A stretch of DNA of 64,000 bases from an uncultured archaeon (GTDB lineage: Archaea > Asgardarchaeota > Thorarchaeia > Thorarchaeales > Thorarchaeaceae). How positions within the stretch are numbered: position 1 is the first letter of the stretch; every line of letters begins with the position of its first letter. Below, one piece after another: positions 19,003 through 27,933 of the stretch. Below the pieces are notes generated by a model, which was given only the letters and a program-made list of their open reading frames with translations, did no database searches and was not told where the DNA came from. The position numbers were made by a program, and so were the translations under genes. Location of the stretch: positions 1-64,000 of the forward strand of contig CAZLEV010000010.1 of assembly GCA_964558645.1 (NCBI GenBank). Direction: 5' to 3'.

Positions 19003-20286
19003 TCACTCAAAATCGATTCGCTTGAGTCCCAGCTCATCGAGACGTTTCTTCGGTTCATCATTCTGGACCGATTCTTTTCTAGAGGAGAGTCTTTGCTCAA
19101 TCGGCTTCAGTCGGTCCTCCCAAGAGCCTCTGTTTCTGGTTGGTATTTTGCCCAGCGAACGAACCTCCTCCCGAATCTTTCGTGGATCCAAGGAGCCAGC
19201 CCCCGTACCAGCCATAAGACCGAGTTCCGAGAGGCGAGTCCTACCTGAACCTGTCTTGCCCGTATTCTCGTCCATTGAACGAGGCAGGAGCTGGGGACTC
19301 TTGACACCTGTGAGAATTAGCATCACGCGCAGCAGACCGCTGAGTTTCGGATCTACTCGAGCACCCCAAATCACTACCGCATCAGAGCTCATCTTCTCCG
19401 AAATGAGTTCTCCCACCCTGTTAGCCTCTGCGAGAGACATATCCGGGCCGCCAGTTATGTGGATGAGTGCCCCAGTTGCGCCAGTCCATTCCACCTCCAA
19501 CAAAGGGCTATTCAAGGCATTTTCTATCGCTCCTTCTGACCTCTTCTCCCCTGAATCCTCCCCTAGACCCACCAATGCAACCCCACCATTACAGATTATC
19601 GATCGAACATCTGCGTAGTCGAGATTGATTAGACTCGGAAGAGTGATTGTTTCAGTTATTCCTTTCACCATTCCAGCCAATACTTCATCAGCGACCCCAA
19701 ATGCCTCTTCCAATGGCAAGTCTGGAACAAGCTCCATTAGTTTCTGATTATCAATGACCACGACAGTATCTGCATTCTCCTGTAATTTAGCGAGCCCAGT
19801 CTTTGCCTTGTCAATTCGAGTTCTCTCAAGACTGAATGGCATCGTGACTACTCCGACAACTATTGCATCGTTTCTCTTGGCAATCTCAGCCACTACGGGG
19901 GCGCTTCCGGTACCTGTGCCCCCTCCCATTCCTGAGGCAATGAACACGAGGTCCGCATCTCGCAGGAGTTCTGATAGTTCCTTTTCCGATTCTTCTGCAG
20001 CAGCTTTGCCGACATGGGGGTAACCTCCCGCTCCTAAACCTCGAGTTATCCTTTCACCAATGAGCAGCTTACGGTGAGCAGTTGTAACAGACAGATGCTG
20101 ACGATCAGTGTTAATTGCGATGCATTCGGCCCCCTGAACGCCGATGGTCATAAGACGCTTCACTGTGTTGTTTCCCGCTCCTCCACACCCAATTACGACA
20201 ATGCGTGCCTGCCCCATGTCGCGTGAAGAGGGAGGCTGTCTCTCCATCCGTTCGTGTTCTCTGGCTGACTCTATGAATGACCTCAT
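19003..20286 (-). CDS. ftsZ: Cell division protein FtsZ
   Basis: GCGGAGNN, INTD, GMGGGTGTG, INLDYADVR. Confidence 0.97.
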   Translation of the reverse strand: MRSFIESAREHERMERQPPSSRDMGQARIVVIGCGGAGNNTVKRLMTIGVQGAECIAINTDRQHLSVTTAHRKLLIGERITRGLGAGGYPHVGKAAAEESEKELSELLRDADLVFIASGMGGGTGTGSAPVVAEIAKRNDAIVVGVVTMPFSLERTRIDKAKTGLAKLQENADTVVVIDNQKLMELVPDLPLEEAFGVADEVLAGMVKGITETITLPSLINLDYADVRSIICNGGVALVGLGEDSGEKRSEGAIENALNSPLLEVEWTGATGALIHITGGPDMSLAEANRVGELISEKMSSDAVVIWGARVDPKLSGLLRVMLILTGVKSPQLLPRSMDENTGKTGSGRTRLSELGLMAGTGAGSLDPRKIREEVRSLGKIPTRNRGSWEDRLKPIEQRLSSRKESVQNDEPKKRLDELGLKRIDFE

Positions 20287-20468
20287 TGTCTACTGACCTC
20301 TGCAGTAATCTTTTCGCTCGTTGCAGCCTGTTCCCAGAGTTCGTGTTTCAAAAGGTCTCTAATCGCTATTCTTATCGTTTCGGAGCGATTGGGATAGAGG
20401 CCTTTGTCTACTAACTCCTTAATATCATCAACAATCCTTTCGGGCAGATGTACTGCAATGAGACGCAT
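20283..20468 (-). CDS. cdrS: Ribbon-helix-helix regulator, CdrS-like
   Basis: MRLIAVHLP...LVDKGLYPNRSETIRIAIRDLL; ATGA overlap with ftsZ. Confidence 0.8.
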   Translation of the reverse strand: MRLIAVHLPERIVDDIKELVDKGLYPNRSETIRIAIRDLLKHELWEQAATSEKITAEVSRQ

Positions 20469-20515
20469 GAGTAGTCCTCTAGAGACCAGAGGTACGTGGG
20501 TGATTATGGATATGT

Positions 20516-20539
20516 GTAATACGTGCATGTAGGTATTAC
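20516..20539. promoter_or_regulatory. Inverted repeat GTAATAC-N10-GTATTAC upstream of cdrS-ftsZ
   Basis: Perfect 7-bp inverted repeat about 50-70 nt upstream of the start codon. Confidence 0.5.
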
Positions 20540-20613
20540 CGGAAGAATGACTAGGTCCCACAAATATGAGAAAAAAAGAAACGAATGTGGAGAGAGGAAA
20601 ACTCCCTCCATTT

Positions 20614-21342
20614 CTACCTGTTCTTACGGCCGGTTCTTCTGGCTGCAATATTGCCTACCTTACGACCTGGAGGGGCATTTCTGCTTACTGTAGTTGGCCT
20701 GCCTGGAGACTGATGAGACCCTCCACCGTGAGGGTGTGACGCCGCATTCATTGCCGCCCCTCTGACAACAGGCCATTTACGTGCCTTGGCGCGTGTATGA
20801 TGCCAGACAGCTCCGGCCTTGAGGAACGGTTTCTCAGATCGGCCACCGCCAGATACAATACCAATAGTTGCTCGACAGCGTGGACTGAACGCTTTTTGTG
20901 ATCCACTTGGCAATCGCACCATAGCCTTAGACTCATCAATTGACACAATGGTTGCTGCCAGACCAGATGCGCGCACATACTTCCCACCATCACCAGGGCT
21001 CCCCTCAACATTGAAGATCGGAGTCCCCTCCGGGATATACTCAAGCATAAGGGTATTCCCGTTGGCGAGAGCTGCATCCGTTCCACATTCCACCGTCTGT
21101 CCCATTTGAATACCTTCGGGGGCCATCATGTAGTGGAGTTTTGGCTCTCCCTCATACTTGATGACCATCAGTGGTGCTCCTCTGCCAGGCTCGTGAAACA
21201 GGTCAATGACCTGTCCAACATATGTCTTGTCAGGGGCCCACTTTGGATGTCTTGCCGGTGCAAGCTTCTTGTGACTTGGGCTCTTGAATTGAGCGGTTCC
21301 TCTGCCCTTGCGTTGAACCAGCACCCGCTTCCCCGTCAGCAT
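20614..21342 (-). CDS. rpl2: Ribosomal protein uL2 (start may be ACG at 21336)
   Basis: GKRVLVQRKGRG, HEPGRGAP, WPVVRGAAMN..HPHGGG. Confidence 0.97.
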   Translation of the reverse strand: MLTGKRVLVQRKGRGTAQFKSPSHKKLAPARHPKWAPDKTYVGQVIDLFHEPGRGAPLMVIKYEGEPKLHYMMAPEGIQMGQTVECGTDAALANGNTLMLEYIPEGTPIFNVEGSPGDGGKYVRASGLAATIVSIDESKAMVRLPSGSQKAFSPRCRATIGIVSGGGRSEKPFLKAGAVWHHTRAKARKWPVVRGAAMNAASHPHGGGSHQSPGRPTTVSRNAPPGRKVGNIAARRTGRKNR

Positions 21343-21470
21343 CCCCTCCATGTGTTCCGGGTACGATGTTTAGAGTCCACAGAAGACAGAATGTCCTCTC
21401 TATATGGCGTAACAAGTTTCCAATTTGACATATGTATCACCGTAGTTTTGCAGGTCCGTTCTTGACCGAC

Positions 21471-21513
21471 CTATTCGTACTACAAGGGCAGCGAACCTCG
21501 CGCCTCTTTTTAA
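21471..21513 (-). promoter_or_regulatory. rpl2 promoter: TTAAAAAG box plus GTAGTACGAATAG element
   Basis: Same two elements at near-identical spacing upstream of rpl3. Confidence 0.6.
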
Positions 21514-21544
21514 CTTTACCATGGAGCACAGGGCTGAACCTCCC

Positions 21545-22249
21545 TTAGGTTTCAGGTCTGGCACTTCTTGGTCCCAGCTTCGCAAGTTCCCTTTCAACTC
21601 GCTTTCTAAGCTTTGGGTGGAGTTGCACCCACTCATCAACCAAAGCTCTCTTACGTACATCATCGGGTGGCATTAGCAAGGCTGTGCGCATGACATCTTT
21701 CATCTTCCTGATTCTGCCTTTCCATGCAGCAGATAATCGCGAGCTCTCTACATGAAATGCCACGTGACAGAAGTCAATCGATCCCTCGATTCCGACGGAT
21801 TCCAACGCTTCAAACTCATCTCTAAGAAGTCTTGATTCATTTGCATAGATGACATCTTTCAGCGAACTCGCCAGAGCAGAAATGTCTGAATTGCCAGACT
21901 TGGTCAGTTCCCTGAGTTCTCCTTTTCTCAACATGATATGCTCTCCAACGTTGTTAGCACTGTCTTCTTCTATTCGCGTTCCATATTCTCTAATCAATGC
22001 AAGATGTTCATCTGTCACCTCTGATTCGCGATGATATTTCTGTTCCTTTGTAGGGTCTTTGAGAACTACCGAGCGTTGGATAATGAAAATCCCTCTGTTG
22101 TTGGGATTCTCGGTGCTGAAACATCCATCTTCCGGCCATGCGTTTTTGAAGTAGGCACATTTTATCCGCAATGAGCCATGTCGAATGAACTCTGGAAGCC
22201 CCTGATTCATGATGCATTTGTTCCCCACAGGGAAACCTCTCCTCTCCAT
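21545..22249 (-). pseudogene. Probably 5'-truncated LAGLIDADG-like endonuclease-domain ORF between rpl23 and rpl2
   Basis: G.P.G.K...LPEFI...IKCAYFKNAWPEDG and ESRLLRD..ALESVGI resemble the second DOD motif region; no first motif. Confidence 0.45.
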
Positions 22250-22278
22250 GGCACGACCAAATGCACAGGCGAATAAGG

Positions 22279-22323
22279 AGAACGGGAAAGGCTCAATCCC
22301 AAGGAAGGAACCCTTCCCATTCT
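22279..22323 (-). terminator. 16-bp hairpin directly after rpl23
   Basis: AGAATGGGAAGGGTTC pairs with GAGCCTTTCCCGTTCT (3 G-U pairs), followed by CCTTATT. Confidence 0.5.
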
Positions 22324-22332
22324 TGGACCTCC

Positions 22333-22599
22333 TTAGAATATTCCTAGCTGAGTCGCCACTTCAGCTGCACTGTACTCTGGAGCCAGTCGTACTAGTGCTT
22401 TCTTTCTGCCGTCGGGCATGATCAAAGTGTTGACCTTAACCACTACAACCTCATAGAGGGTTTCAACTGCCCATCTGATGACATTCTTATTGGCTCTCCG
22501 TTCTACAAAGAAAGTGAGCTTGTTGTGACTGTCCACTGCCTCGAGGCTTGCCTCGGTAATCACGGGCTCGAGTATGATTAGATTTGGATCTCTCATCAT
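22333..22599 (-). CDS. rpl23: Ribosomal protein uL23
   Basis: PVITE, NKLTFFV, KVNTLI..GRKKA, A.EVA..LGIF. Confidence 0.95.
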   Translation of the reverse strand: MMRDPNLIILEPVITEASLEAVDSHNKLTFFVERRANKNVIRWAVETLYEVVVVKVNTLIMPDGRKKALVRLAPEYSAAEVATQLGIF

Positions 22600-22610
22600 C
22601 TCATATCACC

Positions 22611-23399
22611 TCAAAGAAAAAGCTCCTCTTTCTCTAGACGTTCAATGGCTGACTGAGTCCATAGAACCAGTCTGCCTGGATGTGTACCAGGTGCAAGCAA
22701 TTCTGCATTAAGACCATTGACCTCTACAATATCCACTCCTGGTAGATTGCGGGCTGCTCTTCCTATGCCAAGATCTTCGCCGACAACTATCAATAATGAC
22801 TTTGGCGTCTTCATCTTCCGTCCCCGCATCTTCCCTTTACCTGCTCTCACACTGCGCCCTTGAGCGGCACGCTCAAGATCATGATAAAGGCCCAGAGCAT
22901 TTGCCACTTCTTGGACCTGCTTTGTAGTAGTAAGAGACTGCAACTCATCACTCACAACGAGCGGAAACTCAGGTATCGAATCAATCTTATGACCTCTCTG
23001 TCTTACTGTTTCCGCGCTTGCGCTTGCTGCAATTGCTGACCTGATTGCCAATCTACGCTCCTTAGCGTTGATTCTCTCAACCAGAACCTTTCGTGCTTCT
23101 GGAGGATGAGCAACTCTTCCGCCAACCGTACCCGGTGCGAATCCGGCTTTGTTTGCAGCACTTGTCCCGCTACCTTTTATCCTCGGAATTCGTGATCGAC
23201 CGTGCCCTACTCCCCAGCTTTCTGCTGTGTTCCGTTTGCCGGCCAATTCGTCTACTCCATGTGGTTGATATCTTCTAGACCTGAGAGCAAGTACGGCTCT
23301 CTTAATCACATCCGGTCGATAGGCTGTCTGGAACTGGATTGGAAGGTCAATCTTCTTCCCAGCCTTGCCTTTCAATGAATATGTCTTTACACTTGCCAT
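22611..23399 (-). CDS. rpl4: Ribosomal protein uL4
   Basis: AESWGVGHGRSRIPR, RAGKGKMRGR, LAPGTHPGRL. Confidence 0.97.
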   Translation of the reverse strand: MASVKTYSLKGKAGKKIDLPIQFQTAYRPDVIKRAVLALRSRRYQPHGVDELAGKRNTAESWGVGHGRSRIPRIKGSGTSAANKAGFAPGTVGGRVAHPPEARKVLVERINAKERRLAIRSAIAASASAETVRQRGHKIDSIPEFPLVVSDELQSLTTTKQVQEVANALGLYHDLERAAQGRSVRAGKGKMRGRKMKTPKSLLIVVGEDLGIGRAARNLPGVDIVEVNGLNAELLAPGTHPGRLVLWTQSAIERLEKEELFL

Positions 23400-23414
23400 T
23401 GATAATCCGCTTCC

Positions 23415-24425
23415 TTATTGCTTCGAAGAAGTACTGATGTAGTTCACTTGAATCGGTTCGCCAGTATGACCTTTCGATGGGCGCATTGCAAATCTTAACC
23501 TTACAGGTCTCTTGACGGGGCCAGGGACTGATCCTTTCACCATGACATAGTCACCACGGATAATCCCATAGTTCACAAATCCTCCCTCCGGAGTGATTTC
23601 CTCACCACGTTCTCCCAGCTTTACGACATCATTATTGAAACTCACTCGTGTATGAAATCCTGTCTGACCAGGGCGTGGAACTGTATAGCGGATATTGGTC
23701 GGCGACCAAGGTCCAATGCATCCAACCCCCCGTTTGGTTTTTCTGGATTTGTGCTGAAGAATTCTGATTCCCCATCGGCGTACTGGACCCTGAAAGCCGT
23801 GACCTTTGGTTACCGCTACAGTATCGACCAGCATTCCTTCTTCTAGTATATCTGCAACACGCAGGTCCTTACCAAGTATGCTTCTTGCATACTCATAGGC
23901 CTCTTGCACAGTGGAGGCTCCGACCATGTATTCCATAATGTCTGGCTTCTTCTTTGGTACTCCGGCAAGTCTTGGCTGAGTGTGTATTAGCATCCGAATC
24001 TCGGCAAGCGAATTGAGGATATCCTCAAACTCTCCCAACTTGGCTTCGTGGTCGTACCCCTTGGGCAACGGCATGGCCTTGCGAAGATCATCTGACAGGT
24101 TCTCTGCCAACACCTCCGTAACCAGCCTAAGCCCGTATTCGGTTTCCTTGTATCCTCTGATTGAGAATGGACGTATAGGCGGGGTATCAATCACCGTAAC
24201 AGGTATCACCGTTTCTTGACCCTTGAAGGGACTGTTTGGATTTGCGACAGTGATTACCGCATGTGTCATGCCGGCTTTGTAACCGACGAAGCCTAATAGT
24301 TTTGCAGCCGAGTCATCAGACAGTTCTGGCCAATTCTTGATTCGGGGTACAAACTTAGAAGCTCGACCTCGCGGCAGATACGCAAGACTGCCACGCCTTG
24401 GTGCATGCTTCTTTCTATGTGCCAT
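23415..24425 (-). CDS. rpl3: Ribosomal protein uL3
   Basis: HAPRRGSL, GYKAGMTH, TKGHGFQGPVRRWG. Confidence 0.97.
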   Translation of the reverse strand: MAHRKKHAPRRGSLAYLPRGRASKFVPRIKNWPELSDDSAAKLLGFVGYKAGMTHAVITVANPNSPFKGQETVIPVTVIDTPPIRPFSIRGYKETEYGLRLVTEVLAENLSDDLRKAMPLPKGYDHEAKLGEFEDILNSLAEIRMLIHTQPRLAGVPKKKPDIMEYMVGASTVQEAYEYARSILGKDLRVADILEEGMLVDTVAVTKGHGFQGPVRRWGIRILQHKSRKTKRGVGCIGPWSPTNIRYTVPRPGQTGFHTRVSFNNDVVKLGERGEEITPEGGFVNYGIIRGDYVMVKGSVPGPVKRPVRLRFAMRPSKGHTGEPIQVNYISTSSKQ

Positions 24426-24470
24426 TTTGAACACCTGATAATGGTTGTACCGTACGGCCTCTGTACTGGG

Positions 24471-24515
24471 CTATTCGTACTACTGGAGCCGACAACCTAG
24501 AGGTCCGCTTTTTAA
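24471..24515 (-). promoter_or_regulatory. rpl3 promoter: TTAAAAAG box plus GTAGTACGAATAG element
   Basis: Matches the rpl2 upstream element. Confidence 0.6.
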
Positions 24516-24542
24516 GCTTCCCTTCTGGCAGCCTAATCCACG

Positions 24543-26909
24543 CTATATCTTGTCGTGCAGTGTGCGTACGATGATTTCGTCCTGTAATTCCCTTCCCACA
24601 TCCACAAAGTAGTCACTGTAGCCCGCAACTCGAACAATCAAATCTCTATGTCGTTCAGGATTGCGTTGCGCCTCCAACAGTGTTTCTGTTTCTATTATGT
24701 TGAATTGCACATGGTGCCCTCCTAGACGGAAGTACGTTCTAATCAACTGACCCAGCTTTGTCTTTCCTTCTTCCCTTTCCAACAAGGATGGCATGAGTTT
24801 CTGATTGAGCAGCGTCCCACCTGTTCTTACGTGATCAATCTTTGCCACTGACTTCATCACTGCAGTTGGCCCTTTTCTGTCTGCACCTGGGCTTGGAGAT
24901 ATTCCGTCTGAGAGAGGAAGGCCTGCTTTTCTTCCGTTTGGTGTTGCCCCAGTCACCCGACCGAAGTAGATGTGGACCGTTGTTGGCAGGAGATTGACTC
25001 GATACTGCCCACCTTTGGTGTTTGGCCTACCATCTACAACATTGAAGTAGGCCTCAAAGACATCTCTGGCAAGCATATCTGCATAGTCATCGTCATTCCC
25101 ATACTTGGGAGCTCTATTCGACAGCTGCAATCTGACATCTTCTAGACCTTCAAAGTCAGTGCTGAGCGCCTGGAGCAGTTCATCCATACTCAGGAGCTCC
25201 TTGTCAAACACAGCGTAATTGATGGCCGTCAACGAATCTGTAAGCGTCCCCAATCCGACGCCTTGGATGTAAGTTGAATTGTATCGTGGTCCGCCATCAT
25301 GATAGTCTTTTCCTCTTTCAATACAGTCATCGAAGAGAAGTGACAGAAACGGGGCAGGCATGTACTCTGCGTACAGGCGTTCGATAACATTGTTCCCCTT
25401 AATCTTGATATTAATGAAATGCTCGAGTTGCACTCGGTAGGCGTTCATGAGTTGTTCGAAGGAAGTGAATGAGCGCGGGTCACCAGTTTCGGGTCCTAGT
25501 CTTTTCTTCGTCTTAGGGTCAATACCATTGTTCAGTGTAATCTCCAAGATCTTGGGCCAATTACAGTAACCAGTGAGAATACAGCTTTCCTTTCCAAATG
25601 CGCTGATTGTCACACAGCCACTTGGTCCTCCCGCGCGGGCATCTTCAATCGTCTTCCCTGCTCGTAAGAATTCTTGGATGATCACATCGGTGTTAAATAC
25701 CGACGGTTGACCGAATCCTTCCTTAATCACATCAATTGCATCGAGCAGGAAGCTATCTGGGTTCTTCGTACTGAGTTGTATACACACGCTAGGCTGTATC
25801 AGTCGCATTTCATTCATAACCTTAAGGACTAAGTGTGATAACTCGTTAACGCCATCGTCCCCTTTCGAGTCAACACCACCGATGTTGATCAACGCAAAGT
25901 CTTGGTAGGTTCCACTCTGCTCTTCCGTAACATCCACTTTGGGTGGAGCAGGCTGATTGTTGAACTTAATCCATAAACAGCATAGGAGTTCTCTCGCCTC
26001 GGCAACCTTAATCCTCTTCTCTCTGAGGTCACTATTAAGAAAACGATTGAGATTTTGGTCTATACGACCGGGGTTGAACGAGTCCCAAACATTCAATTCA
26101 GTGATGACCCCCAGATGGACAAACCAATACATCTGAAGCGCCTCCCAGAAGGTGCGAGGTGGGTTAGCCGGAACCCATGAACATACTTCAGCTATCTGTT
26201 CGAGTTCATCTCTTCTTTTCCTATTCGTTTCCTTTGCTGCCAGTCTAGCTGCTAGGTCTGCATGACGCTCAGCAAAGACGATGACTGCCTCAGCTGCAAT
26301 ATGCATGGCCCTCAGTTGTTGTTGCTTGGAATAGGCTTCAGAATCTTCGTAGAAATCCAGTCTGTCCAGCTGATGTGCGATGCGATCCTGGAAGTCTCTC
26401 AGACCATTCACATAGATCTTATCATCCAGTATTGCGTGTCCTGGTGCTCTTTGCTCCATGAATTCGGTGAATACCCCTGCGTGGAAGGCATCTTGCCATT
26501 CTTCTGACATCGCATCAAAGACACGTTCACGCATCGTTTTGCCTTTCCAGAATGGTATCACAGTTTCCTTGTAGACACACTCGGTTTCATCTGTAACAAC
26601 AAATCGTGACCGACTTCTTGTATTTGCCACTCTCAAATCTTTGATTGAATGACAACAGAGCTCGGGATAGGTTGGTGTTGCTCGTGGCACCGGACCTCTT
26701 TCTCCGACTATGAGTTCTCCCCTGTTGATGCAGATCTCCTTGTTTTCCATGATATATTTGAATGCCATCGCTCGTTCGACAGGTTTTGAAAGATTCTCTG
26801 CCATTCCCGAGTTGTAGAACTCAGTTAGCAGTTCTGCTCTCTCTGTGGAAACGTACGGCACGGTTTCCACACTTACTCTTCTCAGTTCTCTGACTCTGTC
26901 TGAAAGCAT
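24543..26909 (-). CDS. Glycyl radical enzyme, HypD (hydroxyproline dehydratase)-like
   Basis: FTEFMEQRAPGH, WDSFNPGR, SGTYQDF, SGCV, LPTT.H, VRVAGYS. Confidence 0.9.
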   Translation of the reverse strand: MLSDRVRELRRVSVETVPYVSTERAELLTEFYNSGMAENLSKPVERAMAFKYIMENKEICINRGELIVGERGPVPRATPTYPELCCHSIKDLRVANTRSRSRFVVTDETECVYKETVIPFWKGKTMRERVFDAMSEEWQDAFHAGVFTEFMEQRAPGHAILDDKIYVNGLRDFQDRIAHQLDRLDFYEDSEAYSKQQQLRAMHIAAEAVIVFAERHADLAARLAAKETNRKRRDELEQIAEVCSWVPANPPRTFWEALQMYWFVHLGVITELNVWDSFNPGRIDQNLNRFLNSDLREKRIKVAEARELLCCLWIKFNNQPAPPKVDVTEEQSGTYQDFALINIGGVDSKGDDGVNELSHLVLKVMNEMRLIQPSVCIQLSTKNPDSFLLDAIDVIKEGFGQPSVFNTDVIIQEFLRAGKTIEDARAGGPSGCVTISAFGKESCILTGYCNWPKILEITLNNGIDPKTKKRLGPETGDPRSFTSFEQLMNAYRVQLEHFINIKIKGNNVIERLYAEYMPAPFLSLLFDDCIERGKDYHDGGPRYNSTYIQGVGLGTLTDSLTAINYAVFDKELLSMDELLQALSTDFEGLEDVRLQLSNRAPKYGNDDDYADMLARDVFEAYFNVVDGRPNTKGGQYRVNLLPTTVHIYFGRVTGATPNGRKAGLPLSDGISPSPGADRKGPTAVMKSVAKIDHVRTGGTLLNQKLMPSLLEREEGKTKLGQLIRTYFRLGGHHVQFNIIETETLLEAQRNPERHRDLIVRVAGYSDYFVDVGRELQDEIIVRTLHDKI

Positions 26910-27061
26910 TTGGTCTACCTCTCGCGCCTGAGTTTCACGAGTTTTCAAGCTGCAAATCAGTGGAACCGGCTTTTCAAATAGTCCTCTCAGGATATCTGCA
27001 GCTGAAGAACTCAATTCTGCACAACATGAATCCCTCTCGCTAAGAATATAGCCATATCGTT

Positions 27062-27922
27062 TCAGGTTTCATAGAACCCTGGGCGGGTGACGAGATTCCC
27101 AATAGAGATATTCAGTAGGCCGAGACTCACATTGATTGCCTCTTCAAGTCTCACGGTTTCAGTACCTTGCCCGGGTATCGAGTTTATCCAAAATTCCACA
27201 TTTTCTTTCAAATGCTCTATCTCAGGACGAAATATCTCTGCTACTCCTTCACTGGGTCCGCCGAATAACGCTAGGAGATCATGTGTTCCCAAAACCGTCG
27301 CCTTCAAGGCACTTTCTATTCGGTCAAAGGGGCCCCCATTCCTTGAGAATACCACCCTTGTGCATCCTTGCCTATTGTCCATATATTCTAGGAAACTGGG
27401 AATCTCCTCTACCTCAAATCCCCAATAGATTCCGACTTCATCCCGTTCTATCACTTCCACCTGCAAATTGGGGTGAACGTCTGTGACTCTGAAGAGATAG
27501 GGGGCTTGCTCCTGCAATCTAGAGGGGCACTGCGCTAATCTACTGAGACCAATGTCCACCTGTTTTCCCCGATCCAGCACGCCCCATCGAATGTCCCCCT
27601 TCTCTAGCTTCTCGGCTTGGATTTGTAGAGGATGACTTCGTGTTCGTAATGGCGGAAGGACTCCTACATACCTCAAAGAGGAAGAACGTGGAAAGATGCG
27701 CCTCCTCAAGTACTGAGGAGTATCCATATACTTGAGAATCTTTACAATCAGCTCTCGATCGCGTTTCACTTGAGAGTTATGCGGTTGTGTCACGTAGATG
27801 AATACCTTTTCAACCTTGAAAACGGCAAAGGATCTTGCAAGATGACCCAGTTTGACTGTCTTCTGTCTCAGGTCGGGACAGTCCTCAATAGAGGTATCTG
27901 GTATTGCAACACTCAGTCCCAT
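27062..27922 (-). CDS. SPOUT RNA methyltransferase (COG2106/DUF171)
   Basis: TPQYLRR, LRYVGVLPPL, FGGP, IPGQGTETVRLEEA. Confidence 0.9.
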   Translation of the reverse strand: MGLSVAIPDTSIEDCPDLRQKTVKLGHLARSFAVFKVEKVFIYVTQPHNSQVKRDRELIVKILKYMDTPQYLRRRIFPRSSSLRYVGVLPPLRTRSHPLQIQAEKLEKGDIRWGVLDRGKQVDIGLSRLAQCPSRLQEQAPYLFRVTDVHPNLQVEVIERDEVGIYWGFEVEEIPSFLEYMDNRQGCTRVVFSRNGGPFDRIESALKATVLGTHDLLALFGGPSEGVAEIFRPEIEHLKENVEFWINSIPGQGTETVRLEEAINVSLGLLNISIGNLVTRPGFYET

Positions 27923-27933
27923 CTTAGTCCTCT

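Noticed and set aside
21334-21431. BHB intron between the uORF ATG and rpl2 (GTCA/TGAC helix)
   Set aside because: The predicted cuts give an out-of-frame product.
21334-22320. A ~1-kb mRNA intron joining the orphan ATG after rpl23 to rpl2
   Set aside because: Both boundaries are purine-rich and form no bulge-helix-bulge; rpl2 has its own promoter-like elements.
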